Under the pieces are notes generated by a model. The model saw only the letters and a program-made list of their open reading frames with translations. It was not told the origin of the DNA and did not search any database. A stretch of 64,000 nt of DNA from a virus, in IMG/VR virus record IMGVR_UViG_3300013102_000030, positions 110,137 to 174,136 of that record, one strand, 5' to 3'. Both the position numbers and the translations under genes were made by a program. This document shows, piece by piece, positions 1 to 10,600 of this stretch (position 1 is the stretch's first letter; the number at the start of each line of letters is the position of its first letter).

Positions 1-2
1 CC

Positions 3-1037
3 GGTATCTGGGCTGACCTTCTACGCGGAAAGGGAGTCAGCAAGCGCAACATCCACGCAGTGGAGATCTTTGAGCCGTACATCTCCCGGTTCGGTCTGGA
101 AGAGAAGTACAGCAAGATCTACCTAGGCGACTTCCAGACGCTGGGAATCCGTACCGATTACTACAACGTACTCATCATGGGTGACGTTCTGGAGCACTTC
201 AAGATGGAAGATGCCCTGAAAGTCTGGGAGAAGGCTCGACAGATCGTCGGCCCTCAGGGCATTGTCCTGCTATCAACCCCCATCATCGACTTCCCGCAGG
301 GTGAGGAAGAGGGGAACATCCACGAAGCACACCTGTCAGCGTTCGACATGGAAGCGCTCAAGGGCCTCTCAGGAGTCTACGGACACGCTGAGGGTACAAT
401 CATCGGCTCTATCGCTGCAAAGGGCGCAGATACGCCTGTAGCGCAGGATCTGAGTGTCCTGATCACCACCATCCCGACCCGGTCTGAACTCATGGTGGAG
501 GCTCATCGGAGTGTAATCCAGCAGTCCCTTCTTCCCAAAGAGATCATTGTTCAGGAGGACACCGAAAGACTAGGAGCGCCCGGCAACCGTGATGCCGGTA
601 TCGACAAGGTCAAGACGAAATACGTCGCGCTGCTGGATGACGATGACTACTTCTACCCGGACCACTTGGAAACACTATACCAAACTGCGCTTGACACAGA
701 TGCAGACATTGTGTATTCTTGGTTCGACGTTGACGGTGGAGAAGACCCCTTCCCGGAGAACTTTGGAAAGCCTTGGAACCCCAAGAAACCTGTCCAGACG
801 ACCGTAACTGTTCTTGCCAAGACCGATGTCATCCGCAAAGCCGGTGGATACACCAACAAATTCGATCTGAACATGGATGCTCTGGGTGAAATTGCCCAAG
901 GGAGCACTGCTGGAGAAGATTACCGAATGGTTTTCAATGCCAATTCTCAGGGTGCCAAGATCGTCCATGTGCCCAAAAAGACATGGGCCTACAGGCATCA
1001 CGATTCCAACACGTCAGGACACTCTGACCGCTGGTAA
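3..1037 (+). CDS. SAM-methyltransferase / GT-A (family 2-like) glycosyltransferase fusion, 5' partial
   Basis: Frame open back to window edge (GIWADLLRG...HAVEIFEPY); MTase-like VLIMGDVLEH; C-half VLITTIP...RDAG...ALLDDDDYF (DxD), EDY. Confidence 0.8.
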   Translation, partial: GIWADLLRGKGVSKRNIHAVEIFEPYISRFGLEEKYSKIYLGDFQTLGIRTDYYNVLIMGDVLEHFKMEDALKVWEKARQIVGPQGIVLLSTPIIDFPQGEEEGNIHEAHLSAFDMEALKGLSGVYGHAEGTIIGSIAAKGADTPVAQDLSVLITTIPTRSELMVEAHRSVIQQSLLPKEIIVQEDTERLGAPGNRDAGIDKVKTKYVALLDDDDYFYPDHLETLYQTALDTDADIVYSWFDVDGGEDPFPENFGKPWNPKKPVQTTVTVLAKTDVIRKAGGYTNKFDLNMDALGEIAQGSTAGEDYRMVFNANSQGAKIVHVPKKTWAYRHHDSNTSGHSDRW

Positions 1038-1111
1038 GATAAGTATGCTGACTGGATAAATCCACATGGTACACTGGTTGGGGAGGCTCCATCACCAACT
1101 GGAGAATAATC

Positions 1112-1405
1112 ATGACCAAACCAGACTACGCTCTAGAGTACGTCTTTCGACGTAGCCAGTTCAACCGTACCATGTGGATTCTTGTCGCTATCTGGGTGGC
1201 ACTGCGCCTTTGCCGTGCCCTCATTATCCTCACTGTGGGACTCACATGGCTTGCGTCTATCCCTGCCATGATCATCTTCTGGGGATCAGGTCTCATCTGT
1301 GGACTGATCCTTGCCACATACTATGTATACCGCCGCTCCGTGCGTATTGATTCAATCGAGCGCGAGAGGAGTAACATAGCCAAGCTAAAAGAAAAGGTAA
1401 AATGA
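1112..1405 (+). CDS. membrane protein
   Basis: GGAG RBS; two hydrophobic segments. Confidence 0.7.
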   Translation: MTKPDYALEYVFRRSQFNRTMWILVAIWVALRLCRALIILTVGLTWLASIPAMIIFWGSGLICGLILATYYVYRRSVRIDSIERERSNIAKLKEKVK

Positions 1406-2586
1406 CCGAAACGTACATCTTTGACCTCATCAATGGTGCAGAGCTTTTCAAGATGCAGCAGGAAGGCCGCATCAACCGACAGGTTCACCCTAAGCTTCCG
1501 ATCTCCATCTTCAACTACACAGCCGCAGCACAGTTCAAGAACATCTGGACTGACGCTGAGCGGATCTGCCGTGGCTTGATCATTGAGGACGGAACCGGTA
1601 AGGTGATTGCCCGTGGACCGTCCAAGTTCATGAACTATGGTGACCCCAAGGCTGCTGAAGTCTCTCTGGAGGACGAGGTCTGGGTTACCCGGAAGGAAGA
1701 CGGCTCCCTAGGCATCGGCTGGGAGTACAATGGTGAGTTTGGTGTTGCTACCCGTGGTTCCTTTGACTCTCCTCAGGCACGACACGCTACGGCCAAGCTG
1801 ACTGAGGAAGAAAAGCAGGACATCCTGAGTGAGCGCACCAAGGGCCGAACCGCCATCTGGGAGATTGTCTACCCTGACAACCGAATTGTCCTAGACTATG
1901 GTGATAGGGATGAACTGATCAAGATCGGTGGAGTCCGCAACGATTCCGGCCTCATCTCTTTGCGCCCTTTCAAGCTCTTCATGTCCATCCGCAAGGGTGG
2001 AAATCCCGTGATGACCTTCAAGGAAGCCCTTGAGCTTCCAATTCCGGATGACCAAGAGGGTTATGTCATTGACATCCTGAAGGACGGATGGATTCAAGGC
2101 CACGTCAAGCTCAAGGGTGAAGCCTACAAGCTTCTTCACGGCCTGCTGACCAACACCAACGCTCGCCGGATCTGAATGCAGCTTGCGTGGAGGGCATGCA
2201 AGGATCTTCTGCCCAACGATCCCAAAGTGATTGCGTTCCGACTCGGAAACGACCCTCGGGACTTTGAGCGGATTGACACTACCAAGACCATTGAGGAGAC
2301 CTTCCTTGAGAAGGTTCCCGATGAGTTCTACGGATGGGTGACCAAGCAAATTGACAGCATTGAAGACAATGTGTACAGTCTTACAGGTCAGGCAAAAGTC
2401 CTGATTGACAAGATTGCTGATGTCTCGGACAAGCGTGAGCGCTGGGAAATGGCCAAGGATCACCCGCTCTGCACTGAGATTCTGAGGGCTAAGAACTCTG
2501 AAGACCTCTCCGGATGCACCGTCTTGGCTTGGAAACTGTCCCGTCCGGGTGACGAGACTCCCTTCAAATCAAAGGAAGAAGACTAA
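1402..2586 (+). CDS. T4 Rnl1-like RNA ligase, interrupted by in-frame TGA at 2173-2175
   Basis: NTase motifs KEDGSLG, ATRGSF, EIV, EGYV, KLK; C-terminal helical domain continues in the same frame after NARRI*MQL. Confidence 0.85.
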
Positions 2587-2587
2587 C

Positions 2588-3082
2588 TTGAAGAAACTGA
2601 TCATTGCCGGTATTGCCGTCGCAGCGCTCGCGCTCACTGGATGTGGGGCCTCCGGCAGTCGCGGCTTTGAGAGTGACGATTACGACTACGGCGGATACTC
2701 CAGCAATGGAGGATGGACCGACTCTGATTGGGACATGGACCGAACAACGGTCTATAACAACAACACGTACTGCCAAGGCGGAACGTACATGCCTCTGGCA
2801 AACAACCAGTACTCGTGCAACCGGAACGGAGTCGTCACGGCTCCTCTGGTCCGTCCCAAGCAGATCATACCTCCCAAGTCCCAGCAGAAGGCTCCTGCCG
2901 ACGTTCTGAAGCGAGTGGAGCAGCAGAAGGCTGAACGCCTGAAGCAGCGTCAGGAAGCTGCAAAGAAAGCTGAGCAGCAGAAGCAGCAACAACAATCACA
3001 GAAGAATGCCCCAGCGCAGAAGGCACCGGCTCCCGCCAAGCCTCCTGCTCCTGCAAAGGCTCCTCCTGCCAAATCCAAGTAG
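2588..3082 (+). CDS. lipoprotein with Q/K/P/A-rich tail
   Basis: TTG start; MKKLIIAGIAVAALALTG-C lipobox. Confidence 0.75.
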   Translation: MKKLIIAGIAVAALALTGCGASGSRGFESDDYDYGGYSSNGGWTDSDWDMDRTTVYNNNTYCQGGTYMPLANNQYSCNRNGVVTAPLVRPKQIIPPKSQQKAPADVLKRVEQQKAERLKQRQEAAKKAEQQKQQQQSQKNAPAQKAPAPAKPPAPAKAPPAKSK

Positions 3083-3091
3083 AAAGAGAAA

Positions 3092-4042
3092 ATGCTAAAC
3101 CCTAACCAAGAACTTCTGATCCTGCGCGGTTTGCAGGGTTCAGGTAAGACCACCTTCGCCCACCAGTGGGTAGCTGAAGATCCGGACTGGCGCTTCCGTG
3201 TCAACCGGGATGACCTCCGCAAGCAGGGCTACAACATGCTGTGGGGCCTGTCAAACCACATGGAGGGAACAATCTCCCTCATGGAGGAAGCCTGCGCCAA
3301 GGCAGCGCTCGCGGCTGGTTTGTCTGTCGTCATCGACGCAACGAACCTCAAGGCCCGTACCGTGAAGGAATGGTACGCAGTAGCTGAAAAGGCCGGAGTT
3401 CCCGTCCGTGTCCATGACATCGACACTCCTCTTGACATATGCATCGAGAGGGACAAGAATAGGGAGAAGAAGGTTGGCGAAGATGTCATCCGACGCTACA
3501 ACGACCGGTTCTTCCAGAAGGGGAAGCTGCCACCGGTTCCCGAGAATGTCAAGAAGGAAGGAGTTTCTGTGCAAGGCCGAGCTTACGTACCGAATCCTGA
3601 CCTTCCAAAGGCTATCTGGGTTGACGTTGACGGCACGCTGGCTGAGAGGGTCCATCCCGGAGCCAACCAGCCTGTCCGTGGACCGTTTGACGAAGACCGA
3701 GTGATGGAAGACGCACCGATCCCACACATCGTGGAACTGGTCCGAATCCTTCACGCTGCCGGATTCAAGATCGTCATCATGTCCGGACGTACAGATGGAT
3801 GCAAGGCTCTTACGGAACAGTGGCTCATCGAGCACGCTATCCCGTACGACGACATCTTCATGCGCCGTACCGTAGAAGATAAGAACCGCAAGGACAACAT
3901 TGTCAAGCACGACCTCTTCTGGGCGAACGTTGCCCCGAAGTACAATGTGGTCTACGCACTGGATGACCGTCAGCAGGTTGTTGACTTCACCCGTGATGTC
4001 CTGAAGATCCCTGTGTTGCAGGTAGCTCCCGGACTGTTCTGA
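3092..4042 (+). CDS. pseT: polynucleotide 5'-kinase/3'-phosphatase (T4 PseT-like)
   Basis: P-loop GLQGSGKT, RDDLR, DATN; HAD phosphatase DVDGT, SGR, K, DDR. Confidence 0.92.
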   Translation: MLNPNQELLILRGLQGSGKTTFAHQWVAEDPDWRFRVNRDDLRKQGYNMLWGLSNHMEGTISLMEEACAKAALAAGLSVVIDATNLKARTVKEWYAVAEKAGVPVRVHDIDTPLDICIERDKNREKKVGEDVIRRYNDRFFQKGKLPPVPENVKKEGVSVQGRAYVPNPDLPKAIWVDVDGTLAERVHPGANQPVRGPFDEDRVMEDAPIPHIVELVRILHAAGFKIVIMSGRTDGCKALTEQWLIEHAIPYDDIFMRRTVEDKNRKDNIVKHDLFWANVAPKYNVVYALDDRQQVVDFTRDVLKIPVLQVAPGLF

Positions 4043-4050
4043 TTCGACAC

Positions 4051-4093
4051 AAAGCAGGTTGAGAGGTATGATTATCTCTCAACCTGCTTTTCT
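4051..4093. terminator. intrinsic terminator with embedded promoter
   Basis: 15-bp perfect stem AAAGCAGGTTGAGAG/CTCTCAACCTGCTTT; TCGACA(4044)-N17-TATGAT(4067). Confidence 0.75.
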
Positions 4094-4110
4094 ATCATCT
4101 AAGGAGAAAT

Positions 4111-4431
4111 ATGACCACCGAAGTCATTGAGAAGGAACAAGAAGAGGCCACCGAAGTCTCCGACGAACTCAAGGTCATCGAGCTTGAGGCCAACAGCAAG
4201 AAGTTTGAATTCGATACCCGCCATCGTTGTGACCACAGCGGTGTTGAAGGTACCAGCACGTCCTGCGGTGCACAGGCATATATCCGTGCCACGCTGAAGA
4301 ACGGTGACACCCTCATCTTCTGCTCCCACCATGCCAACGAAGTAGAGGCCGCTCTGAAGCCGCTCTGCTCCGAATGGTACTCAGAGACCAGCCGCCTTGT
4401 CCATGACCGCAAGAAGGGATCAGAGAACTGA
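4111..4431 (+). CDS. small Zn-binding protein (actinobacterial RCD..CGAQAY..FC.HH type)
   Basis: AAGGAG RBS; Cys/His motif. Confidence 0.7.
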   Translation: MTTEVIEKEQEEATEVSDELKVIELEANSKKFEFDTRHRCDHSGVEGTSTSCGAQAYIRATLKNGDTLIFCSHHANEVEAALKPLCSEWYSETSRLVHDRKKGSEN

Positions 4432-5255
4432 CCACGATACTATATCCCGGACCATCCGCTCCAACGTACTTTCCTCACGTAGAGGGTCGCACCTTTGAAG
4501 AGGAACTGCTGAAAGGCTTGATTACTCCACCTGATATCAAGATCTACCTTGTAGGTGGAGCCGTACGTGAGATCACCCGTGGATTCCCTGAGAAGGTCAA
4601 GGACTGGGATTTTGCTGTGGAGGCTCCGAGCTACGAAGGTATGAAGCAGTGGCTGGATCACAAGGGCTTTGAGATCTTCGTTGAGACTCCGCAGTACTTC
4701 ACCATCCGCGCCCGAGCGCCCAAGGGACTCTTCAAGTTCGCTGGAATCGACATGTCACACAAGACGTTCGACTTCACGCTCTGCCGCACTGAAGGTGAGT
4801 ACTCAGACGGACGACGGCCTGATGAAGTCAAGCCCGGAACCCTGCTGGAAGATCTCTCGCGCCGTGACTTCACGATGAACGCAATGGCGCTGGATTCCCG
4901 TGGGACGGTCATAGATCCGTTTGGTGGTCAACAGGACATCAAGGATAAACTGATTCGTCTGGTAGGTGGTACAGACCGCCTGAAGGAGGACTCCTTGAGG
5001 ATGCTCCGTGCCATCCGCTTTGCTGTCCAGCTTGACTTTGAGATGGATAATGATGTCTACGCCTTCCTCTTCAAGGAAGATAATGCAGAACTTCTGAAGA
5101 ACGTTGACGAAAATCGAATCCGTGATGAACTCACCAAGTGCTTCAAGATCGACACGCTGGAAACCCTGTGGATGCTCCAGAGCTTCCCTGCTATTGCGGA
5201 CAGATGCTTCAGAGGAGACATCTGGCTCATGCCCACCGTCAAGGGAGCTAAGTGA
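4428..5255 (+). CDS. CCA-adding/poly(A) polymerase-type tRNA nucleotidyltransferase (start CTG 4428 or TTG 4518)
   Basis: LVGGAVR, DWDF, EDLSRRDFTMNAMA, EDSLRMLRAIRF. Confidence 0.9.
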   Translation: MTTILYPGPSAPTYFPHVEGRTFEEELLKGLITPPDIKIYLVGGAVREITRGFPEKVKDWDFAVEAPSYEGMKQWLDHKGFEIFVETPQYFTIRARAPKGLFKFAGIDMSHKTFDFTLCRTEGEYSDGRRPDEVKPGTLLEDLSRRDFTMNAMALDSRGTVIDPFGGQQDIKDKLIRLVGGTDRLKEDSLRMLRAIRFAVQLDFEMDNDVYAFLFKEDNAELLKNVDENRIRDELTKCFKIDTLETLWMLQSFPAIADRCFRGDIWLMPTVKGAK

Positions 5256-5398
5256 CACCAGACCAAGAGCAAGAAAAACAAATCAACTACACTCAATTTC
5301 GACTTGACGAACTGAAGGTACGTCGTGATAAGATCGATGAAGAGATTGCCTACGAGCAGCGAGTGCTAGACAAGCTGCTCGGAGGAGTGGTAGAATAG
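5252..5398 (+). CDS. small coiled-coil hypothetical protein
   Basis: GTGA overlap, 48 aa, fills gap. Confidence 0.55.
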   Translation: MTPDQEQEKQINYTQFRLDELKVRRDKIDEEIAYEQRVLDKLLGGVVE

Positions 5399-5435
5399 TG
5401 TAGTAAGTCCTCACCAGAGGAAACTACCACAGTAA

Positions 5436-6716
5436 GTGACAAACATGGCAACAACCGTAGTTCTGGACACATCCGTTCTCCTCTCCGCAGGAAGGACGGC
5501 ACTGTATTCCTTTGGTGAAAACAACGTAGTCCTCCCCCTCGTAGTTGTAAGTGAGCTTGAGAAAAAGCGCAATGACCCGGATCTTGGTCTCGCGTCTCGC
5601 TCCGTTCTACGGGAGCTTGATATCCTCCGGTCACAGGGGGATTTGGCTAATGGAGTCTCCCTAGGGGAGGACTACGGCACACTTCGTGTTGAAATCAACA
5701 ACACTCACAATGTACCACTCGCGGTTCAGAACCGTAAGACTAACGATGCCGAGATCATCACAGTAGCACACAACCTTGGACGATTCCAAACGGTTGTGCT
5801 GATCTCCAAGGATATTCCGATGAAGATCCTTGCCGACATCGTTGGTGTCGAGACAGCAGACTTTGTTCCGGCCAATATCTCCGGAGACTTCATCGATAAG
5901 ACTGAGACCTACTGGGTAACGGCGGAAGAGATCAACCAGATTCACGAACACGGAACTGTCCGTCTGACTCTGGATGTGCCCCGCAACGTTGGTGTCATCC
6001 TTCGCTCCGAAGAGAATCCCAAGAATACAGCCCTTGCCATTGCAGGACCGGAGTTCAAGTTCAACAAGGTTCAGTCCTTCAACGTTTCCGGACTTGAGTC
6101 CCGTTCCGCTGAGCAGGCTATCGCCATTGACTACCTGATGGATGATTCTGTCAAGATCGTCTCCCTTGGTGGCCGTGCCGGTACTGGTAAGACTACTCTA
6201 GCACTCGCTGCCGCCATTGAGCAACTACAACAGTACAAGAAGATCACGGTCTTCCGCTCCATGCACGCTGTAGGTGGAGAAGAGCTTGGATTCCTCCCCG
6301 GATCTGAGGCTGAGAAGATGGACCCTTGGACTGCTGCAATCTACGATAGTCTAAACTCATTCCTCACACCGGCCCAGATCAATGCTCTGAAGACCAAGCA
6401 GGCCATTGAGGTTCTCCCGCTGACACACATCCGTGGACGTACGCTGAACAACTTCATCATCATTGATGAGGCCCAGAACCTTGAGCGTGCCACCATCCTC
6501 ACAGCCCTCTCCCGTATGGGTAAGAACGCAAAGGCTGTCATGTCGTGGGATGTCTCCCAGCGAGACAACTTCCGCGTAGGCCGACACGATGGTGTCTATG
6601 AGGTCACCAGCCGCCTACTGGGTGAAAAGCTGTTCGCCCATACGTCCCTCCAGAAATCAGAGCGCTCACCGGCAGCAGAGCTTGTTTCCCGCAAGCTGGA
6701 TGATTTCGACATCTAA
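5436..6716 (+). CDS. phoH: PIN-domain PhoH family ATPase
   Basis: PIN VLDTSVLL..EL..ND..SKD; GRAGTGKT, LGFLPG, IRGRTL, IIDEAQN. Confidence 0.92.
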   Translation: MTNMATTVVLDTSVLLSAGRTALYSFGENNVVLPLVVVSELEKKRNDPDLGLASRSVLRELDILRSQGDLANGVSLGEDYGTLRVEINNTHNVPLAVQNRKTNDAEIITVAHNLGRFQTVVLISKDIPMKILADIVGVETADFVPANISGDFIDKTETYWVTAEEINQIHEHGTVRLTLDVPRNVGVILRSEENPKNTALAIAGPEFKFNKVQSFNVSGLESRSAEQAIAIDYLMDDSVKIVSLGGRAGTGKTTLALAAAIEQLQQYKKITVFRSMHAVGGEELGFLPGSEAEKMDPWTAAIYDSLNSFLTPAQINALKTKQAIEVLPLTHIRGRTLNNFIIIDEAQNLERATILTALSRMGKNAKAVMSWDVSQRDNFRVGRHDGVYEVTSRLLGEKLFAHTSLQKSERSPAAELVSRKLDDFDI

Positions 6717-6726
6717 CCACTACCAC

Positions 6727-6762
6727 AGAGAAGCCATCGAGTCAAACTCGGTGGCTTTTTCT
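6727..6762 (+). terminator. intrinsic terminator
   Basis: AAGCCATCGAGT-caa-ACTCGGTGGCTT followed by T run. Confidence 0.75.
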
Positions 6763-6824
6763 GTACCCGTATGGTAGAATAGGATGGACTAACTTTATGC
6801 TTCTTTACTCTTTAGGAATAGCCC

Positions 6825-7634
6825 GTGGCGCTACCAACAAACATTAGCTATGGCACAGTAGTAGGACAGTTCTTGGCCGCGATTCAAGACGGGCCTGACC
6901 CTGACAAGCTCCCAGAAGGTATCCCTATGAAGGGTACCGTCACTTTTGTGGCTTCTCCTGTCTACGTTCTAGACTACACCGCCAACCCCAACCCTGTCAC
7001 GATCCTCAAGACACCTATCACATGCTCTCTGGACTCAGAGGGCTATCTGTGTGCACCTTACTCAGCGTCTGACTCTCCTCTGTCTCGTGGAGTTCCGCTG
7101 ATTGCTACGGACGATCCTGACATCCTGCCTATCGGCTGGACATGGAGTGTCATCTATAACCTCACGGACCCGTACGGCAACCGAGCCAACCTGCCAACAC
7201 AGAACATTGCTGTTCCATCCGGAGTCACTACTGACCTTACCACAGCAATGAACATTGCTGCTGCCAACGGCTCCATCATCACCAAGGGTGCCACCGGAGA
7301 TCCCGGAGACCTTGTCGGAGTCACCAACGGAGGATCATGGGGAAGCTCCGTCACGCTTTCCGCGTACCCTCAGACCTACATCTCCACCCTGTCTGCCTCT
7401 GTCACGTCCCTGACGCTGCCTACAGAGGTCTATCCGAATGAGTCTGGAACAATCACCCTCGTACTCACTCAGGACGCTACAGGAGGCCGTACAATCACGT
7501 GGCCTGCTTCCGTCAAGTGGCCTGAGGGAATTGCTCAGCAGCCAGCAGCGGCTGCAAATTCAATTTCGGTGATTCATCTTCTTTGGACAGGAACAACATG
7601 GCTGGGAATGCTAGGAGGTAAGAGCTTTGCGTAG
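6825..7634 (+). CDS. tail-associated/fibre protein
   Basis: Actinophage-type N-terminus (YGTVVGQF..D.PD.D..P); short GxT/GxP stretch; C-term LTQDATGGRTITWP..VKW. Confidence 0.65.
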   Translation: MALPTNISYGTVVGQFLAAIQDGPDPDKLPEGIPMKGTVTFVASPVYVLDYTANPNPVTILKTPITCSLDSEGYLCAPYSASDSPLSRGVPLIATDDPDILPIGWTWSVIYNLTDPYGNRANLPTQNIAVPSGVTTDLTTAMNIAAANGSIITKGATGDPGDLVGVTNGGSWGSSVTLSAYPQTYISTLSASVTSLTLPTEVYPNESGTITLVLTQDATGGRTITWPASVKWPEGIAQQPAAAANSISVIHLLWTGTTWLGMLGGKSFA

Positions 7635-10600
7635 AGACAACTTTGACAGCGGAAGTCAACCAGTCCGCAACCTTGCCTACATCCCAAGCTTTGAAGTTGC
7701 CAGCGGAACAGTCAACACCCGAACTAACCTGTACAAAGATCCTCACTGTGAGGGTGTCAGTGGGTCAGTAACTGTCCGTACAAACCTCTGCACAAACCCC
7801 GGACCACAGGCTGTAGGCGGAACCACAACAACCATCCGCACCAATCTAAGCACTAACTCACGTGGTGTCAGTGCCTTGCCCGACTACAACGGTGCTAGTT
7901 ATCAGACCATCACTACAGTAACAGGGATAACAGGGCATCCGGAAGGCATCACGACTGCCAACCGAGTAAGCTACAATGCAGGGGCAACCAATCCGGGAGT
8001 AGCTCTGCTCAATCCTGCTCAAGCAAACACTAAGTACACGATTAGTGCATGGGTATACCACGAGACCGTACCTCCAGCAGGAGGTCAAGCCTTCGCCATG
8101 GCAGGACTCACCAGCAGTACACCAACAACACCTGTAGCAGGGGTTTGGCAACGTTTGTCATGGACCTACACTACCACAGCATCACCTAGTTACTTTGGTT
8201 TCCGTGTAGCATCTCCTACAGGATCAGGAAGCTTCCTCATCACCGGAATTCTCATTGAGAGGTCCGGATTTCTTGGTGACTTCTTTGACGGTGCAGGAGC
8301 CAGTAGAACCAATCTCGCCAATGATCCCCGCGCTCTAACCATTACTGGCACTACGGGAGTAGGATGGCGCAATAGTCGTTGGTTCGGTGGGAACGGTACC
8401 ACTGTCGGTACTCATACTAATATCACCGGTATGCAGGATGGACCTACACCGCAACTAACCACCTATATCCGTAAGCAGTGGACTGGGGACAACCTCAGCA
8501 CCAGTAACGGTGACACCGGATTTGAGTTGTCCACAGGCTTCAACACTACAGCAGGCGTAGCTTATGCCGGAGGATGGAGTGTCCAAGCCGGTGTCACATA
8601 CTCTCTTTCAGCATGGCTGCGCCCCACCAGTGATAAAGGTAATGCTGGATTTGATATGACGTGGAGAGATAGTGCAGGATACTATATCACACGAAGTACC
8701 TTCTCCACGTATACGCTTCCCGCGAACGTCTGGACCCGTGTCACTGCCACAGTAACCGCACCCTCAGGAGCGATCACAGCAGGTCTCGTATTGGACGTAG
8801 ATGGCGGTTCGTTGTGGAAGTCAGGGGAATCTCTCGACGGCACTGGTCTCATCATTGAGCGCACAGACACTCCCAGCACTATCTTTTATGAAGGAACTGG
8901 TGACTTCAGCTACTCATGGACAGGAACAGCCAACAATTCGGCCAGTATCCAGACCGCCGCAGGTACTCCAGCTATCGGTGGAGCTAACAACGGAATAACG
9001 TACAGAAGTGGTATCTCAGGGAACTACTTTGCCCGAACTTTCTTCACCAGCGATCAGATCATGGACAGTGGTCCGAGCCTTCAGGGTACAGCCCCCGGAC
9101 TAACAGCCAGCAAGACCTATACCTTGTCTGTAGATGTATGGGTAGATCGAGACCGCACCTATAGACTAAGCGTACAAGGGAACGGTACCACCAACACTAG
9201 CACCAGCTTTACGCAGACCGCAGGAACCACCGTCCGCAGAATCATCACATTCCAGACGAATGTGTCGGCTACAGGACCATCAAACGTTGCACTGTACGTG
9301 CTCCGTAGTGATGTGCTGCCCGGATATATTGATGTATCTAAAATCCTCATCGAAGAGGCCCCCCAAGCTCTTCCATATTTTGATGGTAGCAATCCTGTCC
9401 GTAATCTTGCGGCAGGCACTAACCCTTCTGCACTAAGTGGTATTACAATGACCTCTGGGGTCTCCTACAAAGGAGATACATGGAGGCGAGCCAGTGTTGC
9501 CGCAGGAAACAGTGGTTGGATTGTTAGACAATACGTCAATCTTTTCGACCTGATTCCGGGGCAAACCTACACCGCAGCAGTCACCGTTGCCAATGACAGT
9601 ACCGCTGATAGTGTAAGCATTGCGCTGGATTGGTGCGACACAGCAGCAACTACTGTTACACTTGCCCCCGGTGAGGTACGTCGCCTCAGGGTCACTAACA
9701 GTAAGGCATCCTACAGCAACGTATACCGGTTTGCCGACCTACAGGTAAACCAGAATACCGCAGGTAGCCGCAGTGTACTTTTCAAGGATTTCACTGTAGA
9801 GTTTGGTGCTACACCCGGCTATCAAGGCGCAGCAGATTACACTACCGCGTGGACTGGTGTAGTCAACGGCTCCACTAGTACGATGACGGCTCCGCTTCCC
9901 GGAGGGTGGTCTAAATCTGGCAACACTGTCGTCATCCCGACCACTGAGGGAATCAGCGGTAAAGGTATCAAAATCATCAAGAATGGAGGGTACGGATTCG
10001 TTGGAACCACTCTCAGCGGTCTAGCTGTAAGCACTGCCTACACATGGTCAGCGGATATTTTGACGAGTCAGACCACTGTCAACACTGTGGACCGAAGCAG
10101 TCTCGTCGGCGGGTATAGCCCGAGTGACAGAACTGTCGTGTCCGATCTCGTGACCAGAATTCAAAGGACCTTTACCACTGGACCGAGTGAGACTACCAGA
10201 ACCATCAGTATCGCTGGATGGGAGAATGCTACCGTGCCGGATGGCAGCATCCTTATCATCGACAACATACAAGTAGAAGCTAACGGGCAGGCTACTCCCT
10301 TCTTCTCGGGAGACACACCAGCAGCTAATGAGTTCACCTACGCATGGACCGGAACTCAGCACGCCAGCACCAGCACCGAGACAGCACCGGGAGCCAGTGG
10401 ATACACTGGATCATACAGCAACCGTATCGCATGGCAGTCTACCCAGTGGAGCGCCAGTGGTACCAAGAGCCTTGCAGTTGCCGGTGGTGCCCCATCACAG
10501 GACAGCTTCAGCCAGTTCGGACAGCCGTATCCATTCCCAGCGGACTTCGCCGGGAAGACTTACACTATACTTGCCCGACTCCGTACTGAGGAAGCTTTCC

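Noticed and set aside
1402-2586. Genome-wide TGA-to-Trp recoding
   Set aside because: TGA ends many genes in normal ATGA/GTGA/TTGA overlaps, Trp is TGG elsewhere, and only one gene is interrupted
2880-3082. Q/K/P/A repeats as a DNA repeat element
   Set aside because: Explained by the low-complexity protein tail of the lipoprotein
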